From: Setoptus koraiensis
Lineage: Eukaryota > Animalia > Arthropoda
Length of the DNA stretch: 64,000 nucleotides
Direction of reading: 5' to 3'
NCBI GenBank assembly: GCA_048013815.1
Contig: CM106586.1
Span: forward strand, 7,812,001-7,876,000
Made by a program: the position numbers and the translations under genes
Shown here: piece after piece, positions 26,591-38,790 of the stretch
How the letters are laid out: every line of letters starts with the position of its first letter
Position numbering within the stretch: the first letter of the stretch is position 1
Notes under the pieces: model-generated
What the model was told of the DNA's origin: nothing
The model's input: only the letters and a program-made list of their open reading frames with translations
Databases searched by the model: none

Positions 26591-29288
26591 CGGCGAGACG
26601 CACGAAATTGAGGCACAGAGCACACAAAAGCGACTCGCCAGCGTGACAAAGCGGGCCCCAGATCGACGAGCCAGGCTGGGGCGACTAGGCGCCCAGCAGC
26701 AGCAGAGACATGTTGTAGCAAAACGAGCCCCAAGCTCGATGAAGCGAACACACACATTGGGGCCCAAATTGTAAAGCTTAGCTGAAAATTACTTTAGAGG
26801 AACAGCCGATGATTGGATTAATGACGACGACTAAAACGAGCGATTATCCGAGATCAACTGATCCAACAACAATTAACTATCCACTGGCGGCATGCGAGAG
26901 GCGCACTTGCTGCCAGTGCTCTCAATTTGGCAGCGCGCCCAATTTGGGGCCCCCAATTTGAGAGAGTCTCGCTGAGGGACTGTGGCGGGCTTGTCGGCCG
27001 GGCACACACAATCTGTGGCGGGCCGTCGGCATTGGGGAAAGCGGGCGCGGGATCGTTGGCGAGTGCGGCAAGCGGGCGGACGGACGGGCGGACGGGCAAC
27101 AACAATTTAAACAAGTGCCACTGCGCGCGCCCGATCAGATTGATGCCGGCCCGATCATTGCTCATCGGAAGTCATGGCAAGTGTTGCAAGTGGCGCGGGC
27201 ACACACTATTGAATCAATAGTATTGATTCAGCGGCGCGGCGCGGCGCAGGATAAGTCGGGCGCGTTTATCTCTTCATTGCGAGCTGCTGCCGGCAATGGG
27301 GCCCCATTGCCGGCACACAATGAACACTTGCTTCTTGGCAGGTTACTCAAGGCAAACACAATTGCAACAGTGCACTCCAATTCTCCGATCCGTCCGATTG
27401 ATCGATTGCGAATCACTAGATTTGATTATTTTGCTGCTACCACCAGCACTTATATTGTTGCCACTTGTTATACGCGCGCGCTGATACCAACTTTGCGATG
27501 GCAAGTTTCCAGTAGCACCAAGTTGCTACCAGCGGCCACCAACGGCCACCAATACACGTACATGGTATATAGTTATATAGTTGTATAGTTATATAATATC
27601 AAACTGGCACCAAGATCGATTACGCAATGCCAACAATAGCGTGTAATGTAACGGATATTTGCAGGTACAGTGAGCATGGTGTTACGGTGTTTGTAGCTGC
27701 GGGGCCAGTGCGCGCTTTGCGGAGCTTGGCACAGGTAATAGTTGCTCGTGTGTCATGATTGCTCCAATGGGTCCCTTGTTTTTGATAATGTCATCCATCG
27801 GATAATGTGTGCGCAATAACAAGCGATGGCAACGCCGCAATATATATGCCACTTACTGTCTGCTGCTGGCGGCCCTTGTATCATAGTGGCAGCATCACAC
27901 TGGTGCCATCATACTATCACTATCGCACTGGCAGCATCACACTGCCTAGTCTAATCGCACAAAGGGGCCCCAAACGCCAGCCAAACGGCGCTTGCTGTTG
28001 CCAGGAAATGACTCTCAAGGTCGCCGTCGTTACATAAGCCCGTTATAAGGCCTTATGATGCCTTGCGAGGCCTTGCGAGGCCTTATGAGGCCTTGTAATG
28101 CCTTTTAATGGCTTGCTTGCTTGCGAAAATTCCGCTCTGGCGCCCCATTTCAGTTGGTGTTTGTCCGCGCCAGTGGCCACTTTCACGTCAGAGTTTTGCA
28201 AATAAAAACTTTGCCCCGCCATTCGAGAGAGCCAAAGGGCCAAAGTTTTGATTTGAACCGCTCTGTCGGCCATTTCTACAGCCACTGACAGTGGCCCACT
28301 GTAGTACAGTGACTGTGGTACAGTGACTGTGGTACCGTGGCAGCGAAAATGGCAAGCTAGTTGCTCGTGCTAAAACAATTTTTCGCGCCATCACCAGTGC
28401 AGTTGGACATGGAAACACAAACAAACAAGCTGCTCGGTTGCCGGCCTCACCTCAGGCGACATGTCACATGTCTCAAGTGAGGGGCCCGTCTCTGTTGAGA
28501 CAGTGTGACAGTCTGTGGAGTGCCGATGGCCTGCGTAGCCTCAACAGCCAACGGTCTCGGCACAGCTGACAAGCTGAGTCTAGTGATGGGTCGTCAATTA
28601 TTGTGACAACTATTGACTGATGCAACTGGCAAGATGGGCCAACCGGGCCAAGCATCAATATGCAAATGACACTGCGACCGGTCAATAGTTAGTTAATAGT
28701 TAGCTAATAGTAAGTCAATACAAGTTAGTTAGTGCAGTCGTCGAGGCCGTAAAGCAGCAAACAAACGAGCCATCGATAGCAATAAAAGTTAATGAGCTCA
28801 ACATTATTTATCCAGTGATACTCGTGTCAGATAATGGAAACATGTTATTAGCTTATAATAAGTCATAATCGCAATAAGTGGTCGCCACTTGAGGCCCACC
28901 TAACCTAGTGTGACCTAATCTAGTGTGACCCAACCTAGTGTGACCCAACCTAGTTTGACCTAACCTAACCCGAGCTGCGGGTTCATCGCTGCTTGAATTG
29001 AAGTTCCCATTGAGCAATTGCCCATTGTTGGGTGAGCCGCAATTGGGTGCTAATTCTAAATCTAAATCATGCCATGTCTAAAAGCCCCAAACTACAAGCG
29101 CACAAAATACCATGATGGACCATCACCGATGGCCCGTTTGCACTGTTGTTGGCGCGTCTTGACAGCAAAATGCGCCCAAAATCCGGCATATATCACCTCG
29201 CATCGCATCAGGTAACAAGTGCTCAGATGGGTGGCCCAGTTTGTGTGTGGCACAGTTTGCTCACTCCACTGGTTGGTGGGGCCTTAAA

Positions 29289-29355
29289 CCGGCTCAGGCT
29301 AAACTGGCTCAGGCTAAACTGGCTCAGGCTAAACTGGCTCAGGCTGAACTGGCTC
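29289..29355 (+). repeat. 15-bp tandem array (CTGGCTCAGGCTRAA)n, inverted partner of 30279-30332
   Basis: About four units read directly. Confidence 0.9.
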
Positions 29356-30278
29356 AACGGGCCTCAACGGGCCTCAACTGGCCTCAACTGGCCTCAACTT
29401 GCCAGACCGGCCAGTGGCTGGCGCGGCACAGTAGCGCCGCAAATGCAAATACACATGTCACTAGGTAATTATCATATCTATTTGTTTGTTTGTTGGCGGG
29501 CTTTGTTTGTCTTCGACTGGTGGCGCTGGCAACGGTGCAAGCGCCAAACCTAGCATTAACGGCCACCAAGTAACGGTACGGCACGAGCAACGGTACGGCA
29601 CCAAACAATGGCCCCACAGCCCAGCCTAACCTTGGCACAAACTGGGCTAAACTGGGCACATTCAACTAGACTAAACTAGGCGCACTCGGCTAGACTGGGC
29701 CCATTCGGCTAGACCAGACCAAAATAAATGGACTAAACTAGGTTAAACTAGGCGAGACTGTCGACAATGTACGCCTAACCGTATATTGTGGGCTCCTCAC
29801 AAGCGAGCCGGCGAGCGGTATATGGCGCATGGTGTGGCGTGCATGCGGATAAAGTGTTGGTGATGTTGCTATATTTAGTAGTGCGGCCAACATGGTTGCG
29901 TGGCTCGCTTGCCGGCGGCCCCAAGTTGCGCAACAAAAAACAACGGCGCACACTTGGGCCCCGCATGCAGGCGCATGGAGCACGCGTATAAATTGCGACC
30001 ATTTGTGTCTTGACTGAGCACAACAGAGAGCACAAAGAATCACGGTGCGTACACGTATAAGTAGCCTGTCTAATCGTGCCGGCGCCAGATTAATCTGGCC
30101 AGTGGGGCCCGCGTGTGTGTGTGTGTTGTCGTAATGACTAGATGATCAAGCGCGCGCGCTCGTGATTTGCCAAACACAAATACACAAACAAACAAAGTGA
30201 TGCTGGCCCGTGGCTATATGCACCGCGCCGCTATATTTGGGGCCCCGGCTAGGCGCACAACACACAATGGCGGCTGAG

Positions 30279-30332
30279 TTTAGCCAGTTCAGCCTGAGCC
30301 AGTTGGGCCTGAGCCAGTTCAGCCTGAGCCGG
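30279..30332 (-). repeat. 15-bp tandem array, reverse complement of the 29289-29355 array
   Basis: agccagttcagcctgagccagttgggcctgagccagttcagcctgagcc. Confidence 0.88.
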
Positions 30333-30985
30333 CGCTTTGGGGCCCCAGCGGCCAGCCGAGTGAGCAAACTGTAAACGAGGCGAGCGACTTGCTCCTTTGG
30401 CTGGGCCAGTTGTTTGCAGTGTTATATGGCATGTTTAGGCAGAGAGGTGCCTCTCAGCGACAAGGCCACAAAAACAATCTGCACACACGCACACGCACGC
30501 CGACAGGCAGAGCGTCGGACAAACACGAGCGGCGCCAGTTGGGCCCCACAACTAGTTAGGCCACATACAGCGAGAGCAGTTGGCCCAAATACAATCGCCC
30601 AATGATAAGCCGGGCGAGCACGCGACGGCAAACAAAGAGCGCGCTCTTTGTTTGGCCATTGTTTGTCCGCGCTGACCAGCGCCGGCCAAAACAACAGCAA
30701 CAACCCACCCAACAGCCAAGCCAACAACCGAGCCAACAACCGAGCCAACAACCGAGCCAACAGCAACAACCGGCTGCATCGGCGCTGGCAAGACGCTCGC
30801 CGAGACCGTCCAGTGTCCAGCAGACGGGCCCAGGGGCCCAGAGGCGAGCTCTTGTGGCCGCGGCCAGAGTGAATGAACCGCTGATTGGGGAGAACAATGG
30901 GATGAATAAAAGTGCAACAGCAAGTGAGCAACCTCAAGTCCGCTCCACTCCGGCCCGACTCTTGGCGAGCCGTGCGCGGCCCCCT

Positions 30986-31092
30986 GGTCGCAACTCGGGG
31001 GTCGCAACTCGGGGGTCGCAACTCGGGGGTCGCAACTCGGGGGTCGCAACTCGGGGGTCGCAACTCGGGAGTCGCAACTCGGGAGTCGCAAC
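30986..31092. repeat. Tandem array, 14-bp unit GTCGCAACTCGGGR x7.6
   Basis: Units every 14 bp from 30986. Confidence 0.95.
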
Positions 31093-33941
31093 TTGCGAGC
31101 GAGTCGCCACCGGCGAGAGGACGTGTCCAGGGTGAAATCAGCTCGCCCGGCCATTGTGGTTAGCTCGGGGCAATGACGCAACACCGGGGCGCGTATCGAG
31201 CTGGCCGCCAGCCGTTGAGCCAGCGACAATGGCTGTTGTTGTTGTTTGCTATTTGTTGTTTGCCGTTGGTTGTTTGTCGCTTATTGTTTGTCGTTTGTTG
31301 TTGTTGTTGTTGTCGTTGTTGTTGTTGGCGTCGTTGCAACGGCGACACAGCGCCAACCAGCATCGCCATTGATTAATTGAACGGGGGCGCAAACTTGATT
31401 ATCACCGGGGCCAGCTCGTTGGCCGGCGCGCCCACCAAGACGCACTGTGTTGCCGACCGACATGTCGGCCTCGCTTAGTTTGCAAATGTCCGCTGCGGGT
31501 CTCCCGCTCAATGTCACCCCAGCACACACAGACACAATTAAGCGACAGCTGCAATCAAGGTCTCGCCGTTGTTATTATGCCGTCTTGACTGGCTTGTGGT
31601 TGGCGTTGGCGCCGTTGCTGTCGTTGCGGAATGGCCGCCGACGACAACAACACCGACAACATCACCGACAGCGACAACAGCGACAACAGCGACAACAGTG
31701 ACAACAGCGACAACAGCGACAACAGCGACAAAAAGCGATAAAAAACGACGAAAAGCGACGAAAAGCGGCACCACCACCACGACATCTCGAGCACGTCGAG
31801 CAAAGCCATAAATCATCACCATCCCCATATATCACCACACAAGTGGCTGCGATACGGCGATGGTTACATTGACACAATGCGGCATCGGCTCGATGCCAGC
31901 GTGCTCTATGCTGCAACAGTGCAAAAGTGTTTCCGGTGACCTTGACAGCTAATCAAATATTAATAAAAGCTCGTATGATACTGATAATTATTTCTGCAAT
32001 AGTATCAATGGGTGCGTATGCGCCAATTGAGCCGCGGCCGCATTAATACAAGCACTATCAATATTGATATTTGGCGGCCCGTTCACTTGGCCCGAACGAG
32101 CGAGCCAGCCGACGGACTCAATCGGTTGGGGGCGCATTTCGAGCTGGGCCAGCATCGATTGGCCCCAATTGCAAAGCTGGCGAGTGGCCAGGTGAGGCCG
32201 GCCGCCAGGTGAGGCCGGCGGTCAGGCGAAACGGCGAGAGGCCGAGAACGGCGAGAGGCCGAGAACGGCGAGAGGGCTGAAAATAATAAATAAATAATTC
32301 ATTCGAGTCAGCTACACTGCATGCGGCGATACAATGTGCAAGCTCATGTTTGGCAAGCTCGTGTTTGTCATTACACTAATGACCAGCGCTGGCACGGTGC
32401 TCTATATTTGTCATGCTGGCAGCTACAGCTGACAAATTTGAGAGCGAGTGGCCCAATTGGCCAGCACGGGCTCGCATCATATGTTTGGTCGATCATATGT
32501 GATCACATGATCAAAACAAACAAACATGACGCAACTATCGTTGCCGTTATTGTGCACGACGGATAGCCGACTTGCCAGATAGGAAGCCAAGTAAGTGTTT
32601 AATGTGTGCTGACAATTGCTGAAATTTGACACAACACAGATGACGCAACACACACACACACGACGACAACTGATACTTGACACTGCAACTGCCAATGTAA
32701 CTACCAGCAACTAACAGCGCTAACCCTGTACACAGCGAGCCGGATATTAGACAATGATACAATTGATTATGGCTGTGCAAACTGTGCTTTACTGTGCTCT
32801 CATACTATGAGACTCATAGTGTGTGTGTGTGTGTGTGTGCGCGCGTTAGCGACAAGTGAACAATACCGGAAATGGCAGTAGTGACGCGCGGCAACCTATG
32901 CTCGTGAATGCGCGCGATTGCATCATCTGCGCGCAGACCAGATATCGCTTCATGTTTGTGTGTTTGTTTGCTTGTTTGTTTGTTTATTTGTTTGTTTGCC
33001 TGTTTGCTTGTTTGTTTGTCTGTTTGGCCGAGCAGACGAACGTTGTGAGGCAGCAAAAACTGGCCAGTTGTCGCAAAGAGCAAACAACTGACAAGTGTGC
33101 GACAAGTGCACTCGCAACACAACAACTCATCACTGATTCCAGGTGACCAGTCGGCCGGCCAACCGGCCATAATGTGACCGTTAGTTCCATGGGGCGACTT
33201 GATAAATCGCTGAGCGATTTTACAGCCGATTCAATTGGCGAGTTGTTGCGTTGTTGCTCATTTCAATTGTTTCGTCATCGCATGCCGCTCACATCCGGCC
33301 AATAAGTGAGCCAGCCGGCAAGCGAGTTATCATTGCCACTGCCAATAATATGCCAATGACATGCCAACGATATGCCAATGGAGGCCCCAAGGAGGAGAAA
33401 TGGGCCGACAGCGGCATCGGTGCAGCACAAGCGTGGGCCATGCGCTGTTACGTAACGTCGCGAGCAGTGAGTTGGGCGCCGGCCATTATTAAATGGCTTT
33501 AAGCTGATTAATGGTGATCAACAAAACGTCTAGCAGCGTTTAGCTGTACAGGCTGCAGTGTGTAGCCGGGCCCATAACTTGAGGGCATTTTGGGTAGCAC
33601 CACGGGGTACATTGTTTGCATATTGCATGAATGAATAGATACGGTATATTCATTCATATACATGAGCACGTGAATGAACGTGCTGGCTACCTTCGGGCTC
33701 TACCCAATGGGCGCCTAGTATGGAGCTCGGTATTGATTATGTATGCCACACATCATGTGTGACATAATCATGGTATGCCCCTCACAATATGCGCAGGCTG
33801 GTATTAACAAGATTAGGGTTAAATAGGTTAATTTAACTAATAACCCGATAAATGTCGATTGGCGTCGCTGAGTGCCCGCTAACTACCTTCAAACATGCTC
33901 TGTGTGTCTGTGTGTCTGCCTGTTTGTCACCCCGGAGCCCT

Positions 33942-34057
33942 CGGTACTAGCGAGTCGGTACTAGCGAGTCGGTACTAGCGAGTCGGTACTAGCGAGCCGG
34001 TACTAGCGAGCCGGTACTAGCGAGTCGGTACTAGCGAGCCGGTACTAGCGAGCCGGT
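33942..34057. repeat. Tandem array, 14-bp unit CGGTACTAGCGAGY x8
   Basis: Units every 14 bp from 33942. Confidence 0.95.
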
Positions 34058-37000
34058 CATGTACCGAGTAGCCCGTCATATAGCCAGTTGCGTTGTTTAG
34101 TCGACTAGTTGGCCCGTTGAGCAATTGAGCAGTAGGTGCTGGCGTTGCCGCTGGGGGCCGGCGCAGGCCAGGCGCCCATCCAAAACAGCAACAACGCAAA
34201 TAATAATAATAATCATATCATCTTGAGCGGCGCCAATTAACACTAGCCAGCGGCGGCTTAATTGGCGCTCGGAGGGCCCCACTAGCACTGGTTAGGCACG
34301 TCAATAGTGTGTGTGTGTGTGTGTTGAGTCAATAGTTTAAGTCAATATGCGACAATTATACAACGACAGCGACAATCGGCCAATAAACGGCGCCCGAATT
34401 ACGTAACTGGTGCGGCATAACTTGCATTGTCAACGACCAGTCAATGACGATGACAATACCGAAACATGTGCTCACAACAACAACAGCAACAGCAACAACA
34501 ACAGCAACAGCAACAATAGCAACAACGACCGTATAATAACAAGCGCACAGCCAGTTCAAGTGAACTACTTGAGCTTGCTTGTGTCATCATCATTTATTGA
34601 GCTGTTATGCGAATTAATGAGTGGGGCCAGCTCACTTACTTGTTAGTCAAGTGCTTGCAACAAGCCAAATTAAAAAGGTAACCAACATGACATAATAATA
34701 TACTGTGTGCCTTACCGGTGTCGTCCAGTTGTGCTGACGACAGTTGTGCTGACAGCAGTTGTGAGTGCAGCGTTGAGAGAGCGGCCCCAGGAGAAAGTGA
34801 GCCAAATTAGGTCACACTAACAGCAGTAATGATCTCGAGACGATTAACAAAAAGACGCTAACGGCCGGCCAATGTAACTATGCCACATTACACTGCGCCG
34901 TGCAAAGGGGGCGCCCCGTCTGCGAGGCTCCGGCCAACAAACTGCGTCTACCTGGCTGCAGCAACAACAACGACGACAACAGCCACAGCTAGGCAACACG
35001 CAGCAGCAAAGAAACACAAAGCACACTATTCACGATTAATCTTGACACAATAAACGGCAACAGCGACAACAGCAACAACAACAACAACAAAGGCAACAAA
35101 AACAACGGAAAGAACAAACATCAACTAGATAAAAACGCTGTTACGCAACAACAAAAGCAAACAACGTTGCGCAAAGTTTATGGCACAGCGAGCAACTTTA
35201 TACCAAATTAAACTTTGCACTCTCCAGTGTCTTGTGAGCCAGAAGTTGAGCTGCTCCAGTGTCACTGTGTGCTATTTGCTATTTTGTTGTGCGCATTTAT
35301 GCACGCGCCCCTGTCGCTATAGTCTCCGCTGCGCCCTGCAGAGACCATAGCGACTGCAGAGACTATAGCGACTGCAGCGAGCGCGCCCATTATAGCCGCG
35401 CACGTCGCCACTCGAACGGGGCACAACAAGAACGGGGCGCCTTGTTGCGCCTCGTCCTCGTCGTGCCCATTCGGGCTTGTGGCGTCTTGTCGGTGCGTCG
35501 GCCCGTTGCGTTGACCCCACAGCCACAGATAGCCTAGCCACACCATGCACCTTTGTGTGTGAAGAGAGCGCCACGAGCGCCCCCTGGTCGCCGCCGGTCG
35601 GCGCACCGGTCCCCGCTGGCCCATTGGCCCCACGGGCCCGCTGCACCCACTGGCCCCATTGGCACCTATTGATACAATCAAGGCGAGCTAATGAGATAAA
35701 TAAATAGATGCGCGAGGCATTTGGTGCGTTTTATTTATTTCCATGTGTGCCGATCATCGGGTCCCGGTGCGCGGGCCGCGCGCGACCAACAATCAAACAG
35801 CTAGCTGGCCAGCTCTGTGTGTGTGTGTGTTCAGATTAAGCTGTTATATTGCATAAGCATAACTTTCGCCTGGTTAGCTTCGATGGGGCCCACACAAGAC
35901 TCATTTGCTTTAGTTTATGCATCTCGGCTCGTTGCTGGGCATGGCTCGCTGAGTGCACTCGCTTTGGCTAGCTGGCTCGCCGTTTCGCTGGCTCGCTGTC
36001 TGGCTGCTGGCTGCTGGCAAGTCACAAGCAGGGCTCGTTGGCACGGGCACGTGTTACAGCTTCGAGCCGGGGGCCAGCCAGCGGCCAGCGACCAGATGCC
36101 ATAGAGTGACAATTTGACTATTAGTTATGGGGCGCCGCCAACGCCAAGCGCACTGTGCGCGCAAACAACTATCACTGGTCAGTTATTGCCACGGCGCGCT
36201 GTGCGCTGGCCAAACGCACAGTTACGTAACGTGCTCGCGGTGCGCAGTATGCACACTTCCACATGAGCGCCCCGTTGAGGAATGGGGGCGCCCCGGCAGC
36301 GATAAAAATAGCAAACGTATCACATGCATGAATGTGACGGTGATTAAATAGAGCAAGCGGCGGACAGGCGCTCCGTTGGCGACATCTTGCCGCAACAACG
36401 ACAACAACACAGCACCGCCGCCGACAGCGCCACCAACGACGCCGGCCACATCAATAGCAGCAACGCCAGCCGCGGCGGAGGCGGAGGCAACAACGCCACC
36501 GACACCGGCGCCGGCAACATCACCGGCGGTGATGGCTTGTCACCTTCATTGGACTGGACACGCCATTGGGGCCGCGCGGCGCGCTGTGTTTATTACGGGC
36601 TGTTGTGCGGCGGCCAGCGCGCGCGCCCCACGATTAAATTGAACCGACGATAAAAAGAGGCCAGCCAGCGGACAAATTTGCGGGGCCGACATTGACTGGT
36701 GGCGAGCACGCAAATAAACTCGACTGGGCGCATGCCGACACTGACCGGGCCGGCGCTGGCGCCGGCGCGACCAACTGTCAGCGGCCGGGCCGCCCGCTGG
36801 CCGCCGACGGGCCGCTGACAGTGCCCTGGGTGCCCGGAGCCGGCCGACGGCGCCAGCCATTTTAATAAATTAAAGCCCGCCAGCGCACACTCGTGTCCGC
36901 TCGCACTATCTTACATGACACAAATGGGGCCCGCTCTGGCGGCCATATTATTATTGGGGGGGGGGGGCCAGTAGCGGTGGCGGTGGTAGTTGCAGGGGCG

Positions 37001-38224
37001 GCAGTTGCAGTTGCGCGCCGCATTATTAGCGGTATTAGCCTGTCAGCGTTGTTATGCAACACGCAGACCGACAGACAGACACACACACGAAATGAGGGGG
37101 CCGGGGCCAGAGTGCGCAATTGTGCAAAGCGGAGCAGCGAGCGCCGGCACTAATAAAGTAACTTTGGCGCACTCATACTCTGCAAAGACAAAAGATGGCC
37201 GACAAGACAAAGAGAGATGGGGATCAATTTCGACATGCCGCTCTCTAAGTTATCATTATTGTCTCTGCGCGCCGTGCAGCCGCTCAGCCGGCTCGCCAGG
37301 TCTGACTGACGGCTCGCGGGGGCCCGCAAACGCACATATATTATTAATAGCTAATGAACATGAGCCTGGCTGCGCCATTGTTTGGCTTGCGCGACTGGCG
37401 GGCCGACTCGGGCGCCGCTGAGTCGACCGGCGAGCGCGCCGACCAGCCGACGCGGGCGGCCGCCGAGCCCAACGTCGCAATTGGAACGGATTCGGCGCTG
37501 CAGCGCATTACTGTTATTATTACCGCTGCCAGCGCTATTACCGTTATTGGCGTGGCCGTTGCCGATGCTGTTATTATCATAATAAGTCGCTGGCCCGCTC
37601 AATCGCCCGCCTAGGCGAGCTCGCTTTGCATCGCTCCTCGGCGATCGGCCGTCTTGAGCGGCCCGACACACGGCGGCCCGACACACGGGGCCCGACTCAC
37701 GGCGGCCCGACACACAGGCGGTCCGATGGCGCCAGCAGAGCTAGCAAATGGAGATATATGAGCGGCCATTTATGCGAGACACACCGGCGCGCGCTTGTTG
37801 TGGCGCCGTGCTGCCACAACAAGCCTGTCGTATAAGCCTGTGCGAGCCTGCAAGTGGCACCCGTGGGCCGCTCCGCGCCCTGGCGGGCGCGCCGCACACT
37901 TGGGGCGCCGCCAGTGGCACAGTTTGACGGGGCCAGCCGGCGGAGCCAACTGGCCGCACGGCGCGCCAAGCGAGCGCCGGGCGAGCCGCATAGCGCGCGA
38001 GGGGTCAGCCCGAGCCAATAGTGTACATAATGTGCCGATTGTGTGCAGGGGGAATCGGGGGGACCAGAGAGAGAGAGAGAGAGAGAGAGAGTTGCGTAAC
38101 CACGATTTGGAATGGCCAGGCGCTACGTGATTGGTGCCACGGGACTAATGCGCCGCTAGGTGGCTGGAGCGCGAACGCGCAAGTCGCATAGGGGCGCCGC
38201 GCACACACACTGCACGCAGCACAC

Positions 38225-38227
<3 letters not shown>

Positions 38228-38306
<79 letters not shown>
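38228..38306. repeat. (CA)n microsatellite
   Basis: Pure CA run. Confidence 0.96.
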
Positions 38307-38309
<3 letters not shown>

Positions 38310-38748
38310 CGCATAGCACACAGAGGCAAGCGCAGACGGGCGGGCAGAGCGAGCGAGAACAGCGAAAGCGCGAGCCAAAGCGAGAAAGTAGCACGTGCCG
38401 CAATGCGGCCCTACTCGTCGCACTGGCTGCCGGCGCCAAGTTTGAACCCGTCCGGCCGGACGGGGTTCCCGTCCGAGCGGCACAAGCTGACCGACGGTGC
38501 GCCGCACGCCGAGACATGCGATGCGGCAATCGCGCGCTGGACCTAGCGCCGCGAGCACACTGGCCGCTATGCAACGAGCGCGCCACGTACTCGCGTGGCC
38601 GCCGAGTGTGGCGCGCTGTGGACGCCGCACAAACACACAAACAGAGGGGCGAAAGTCCAATTAAGCAGCTCGCATCTTGTGCCCACATTAAAAGCTTATG
38701 CATTAATATTGCGCGTCACAAGCTGCGCATCCTTGATGGCCGACAGTT

Positions 38749-38790
<42 letters not shown>

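Noticed and set aside
30986-34057. Regular short repeats as possible CRISPR arrays
   Set aside because: Units are directly adjacent with no unique spacers, no cas genes are present, and the context is eukaryotic.
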